NCBI GenBank assembly: GCA_973895155.1 | Contig: OZ316897.1 | Coordinates: forward strand, 17,218,058-17,282,057 | Reading direction: 5' to 3' | Origin: Marsupella aquatica | Lineage: Eukaryota > Plantae > Marchantiophyta | Length of the DNA stretch: 64,000 bases | In this document: piece by piece, positions 61,201 through 64,000 of the stretch | How positions within the stretch are numbered: position 1 is the first letter of the stretch | How the letters are laid out: each line of letters starts with the position of its first letter | Made by a program: the position numbers and the translations under genes | The notes under the pieces: model-generated | Database searches by the model: none | What the model saw: only the letters and a program-made list of their open reading frames with translations | What the model was told of the DNA's origin: nothing

Positions 61201-64000
61201 CTGACGTTCTTCTACAGGCTAGGGCCATACGAGAGATGGCGCGGAAAGCTCTGGAGGGCATTAGAGCCCAGCTTGCCGGCGAGATTCGCAAACCTGTTTC
61301 ACACAAGAAAAAACAGTCTCCCTCCTCCAAGAAGTCTCACGCTAAAAAGCCTACTCTCGGCAAAGTCCGTCTTGATGGGATGGGTTCTGATTTTGCCTCT
61401 GGTGCAACGTTGGCCGGTGATGGTGAACACTCCCGAGGATGGTCGAACTCCACGGTGGATATTGGTAAAGTCAAGAAAGGCTTGCCAGTTGAGAAAGTGG
61501 TTGGTTTAGTTGAGGATTCACAGGATGCATGGGTCTCTCAACCTGCCGGCAAAGAAGGCAAAATCGAATCGCAAGAGGAGCCTTCAGGTTAGCAACTGAT
61601 GAACTTCTTGAAATTTCTCCTCGTTTTAAGTGCCCACAAGCTTGTTTTGCTTCGCTACAGCAGCAGTTTATGAGGAAGTAAGCGCAGTGAGGAGATGGCT
61701 TTGAAGAAATCTGCAGCCAGGTCCCATTTGATTGAGAGATTTGGTCAGTTTAACAGGATGTGTGTCCTCCATATTGTGCTCTTAGTCATGTGAATGCCCT
61801 GGACTTTACCTTTGAGGTTTCCTTTAAGGAGTTCGCATTATTTATGAGCTGGAGAAATGGATTGATAGTATCCGCCACACGGTCTGTGTACATTTTGGAT
61901 AACAGAAACCTGTGAAAATGAAGGGATTGACTTGAATTTTTCGAATGATTTTTAAATCCCTGCCTGAAAACGCGTTTCAGGTGCTTTATTGAAACCGATG
62001 GGTCCGAAAGACGGACGACGACCTCTTTCCACTGATGAATACCATAGGAATACATACAAGCAGAGACTTTTACCGGCTCATGGTCAAGGTCCGCCCCTTG
62101 CCGCTGTGGGTGGCGAAAGTCGTCAATTCGTACCTGTAAGTCAGTTTCTGAAGTTATGTTCTCGCAAATGCTTTCGATAAATGACTCAGTTTTCTTTACT
62201 GTACCGGCAGTACTGAAGCTTACATTTCCCTGCACTGTGGCAGGTTGGGTATCAAGTTGAACATGCCTATGCCAAAAGCCTTGCAAAATTTGGTGCGGGG
62301 TTAGGTCCGAGGGCGTGGCACTTTGTTGCGAAAAGGCTTGAACTACTTAATGCTCCCCCTGTCCAGCGGGGGACAACAAATGATTCTTTAGACGCAGACA
62401 AAATGAGGGTGCCATTACCAAGCCAAACAGGAGCTACTACAAACAGCAATCCTCCTGCTGGTGGCAAATCAGTAGGCATTGGTGGAGGTCGAGCACCTAG
62501 TACGTCCCAGTCTAGGCAAGTTGGAGATGCCGTTCCCAGTCGTCCATTTGGAGAAGCACATAGTGGGCAAGGCGTAGACTCGACTCTCAGTCGGCCTTCT
62601 GGGGTACCACATACCGGACAAGTTGCGGATTCCACTCCTGGTGTACCCTTTATTTCATCAAATGTGGGCCAAGGAGGAATCTCCAATCTCGGTTATCCTA
62701 CTGGGGCGTCACGTGTTGCAGAAGCCGTCGTTTCTATTACCAGTCAGACTGCGGGTGTCTCGAATGTTGGTGACGCTGTAGGTTCCTCTCAAAATTATCC
62801 ATATGGAGGTTCACTGGTTGGACAAACCGTGGTGTCCGCGTCCAAGAATCCATCCGGAGGGGAAGCGCATATCCCGCAAGCTGCAATTCCCGCACTCAAT
62901 AATCCCTCTGGAGCGTCACAAGCTGCAGTGCCCATTCCCAATTTCCCTTTTGGGCAACCACATGTCGGGCAAGCTTTGGGTTCGAATCCCAGTTCCTCAC
63001 CGTCACACGCTGGCCAAGCTGCAGGATCCAGACTCAATTCCTCTGGACCGTTACACGCTGGTCAAGCTCTAGGATCCAGTTTCAGTTCCTCAGGGCCATT
63101 GCATGTTGTTCAAACTCCTACCAGTTTTCCAGCTGGGGGCATAATTGGCACTACTGATCGAACAACAGTAAACAACCTGCAGGTGGGTTCTCAACAGGGT
63201 GGAGGTCCTCCTGATACTCAACAAGAAAGGGGGAACGGTAGGCTGGACAACGCTCGGAGTGATCCGGGGAGTGAGTCTTTGGTACATACTTCTGGAACTA
63301 AACAAATTTTGGGCTTAGATAGTGACGGGTCTTCAGAGGAGAAGAATGCGAGAAGACACGGGTGGACTCCTGTGACTGGAGTCGACCAGGCAGTCAGTGG
63401 TTTGGCCGTTGGTGCCAGTAAAGCTTTTTCTCAAGCTTGGAGTGCTACTCCCTTGAAGCATGGCTCGACTAGCTACGCTTATGCGCCCATGCCGTCATCA
63501 GCTGGGAGAGATGAGTCAAATGCTCAAGCTCAAGCTTGGGCTCAAGCAAGGGTTATGAGTTTGACTAGTTCAGCCGATGCCAAGAGAAACGTTCCACGTG
63601 ACGCACAGGTTTTAGCATTCCTTGCACAGAATAGAGAACTTACCTCCGATTTTGCAACCAATTTACCTCAAATTTTGCAATCAAATGCCTATGCAGATTA
63701 CAATAGCAGGCCCCCCAGGCAAAGTACAGGTCTGTTGTCGTCGACTGCTTCAATGCCACAAACTCAAGACCAACGACCTGAAGCGTTTGGAAACAATTCA
63801 GCCGCCCCTGAGCAGAAGGGCCCTTCTCCAGGTCTGCACTCCCAGGGGACCATGCGACCAGCGCCCTTACAGCAGAGTTCGTTGCAACAGAGGGCAATGC
63901 CACCGGACTTGAATGTGGCCTTGCTATCGCCATCTGCGTTGCAGTCACCTCCACCTCAACAAGGCTCGACCCCAACGAGTGCACGACATCCTGATCTCAA
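58299..64000 (+). CDS. Bromodomain protein (plant BRD1/2/13, BRD7/9-like SWI/SNF subunit), 3' end beyond window
   Basis: ATG 58299 ([17 protein letters not shown]) with a Gly-rich exon 1 containing TPLKKRKFK. Bromodomain exons [64 protein letters not shown]. Later [17 protein letters not shown] and [18 protein letters not shown]. The last exon appears open to the window end. Confidence 0.9.

Overview
This is eukaryotic land-plant nuclear DNA, with spliceosomal GT-AG introns and plastid-targeted genes. The gene content and intron style suggest a bryophyte such as a liverwort (inference). Host genes in order: purple acid phosphatase (+), BASS1 (-), plastid RlmN (-), F-box SKIP31 (-), a candidate small membrane protein (+), HCF244 (+), WTF1-type PORR protein (-), and a BRD7/9-like bromodomain gene running off the window end (+). 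Intergenic space holds two related solo LTRs, a long-TIR MULE with a 10-bp TSD, nested foldback elements, tandem repeats, and SINE, LINE and PIF/Harbinger remnants. The most unusual feature, at about 51.85-55.5 kb (possibly to 56.0 kb), is an apparently intact five-exon DUF3504/Crypton-type tyrosine recombinase gene inside an element that interrupts a dead Harbinger transposase. The element has a ~145-nt hairpin at its left end, a ~30-bp subterminal inverted-repeat pair, an array of co-varying mini-hairpins at its right end, and ends that would join into the palindrome CCCTATAGGG on circularisation. All gene calls come from motif recognition and manual splicing; no database search was run.
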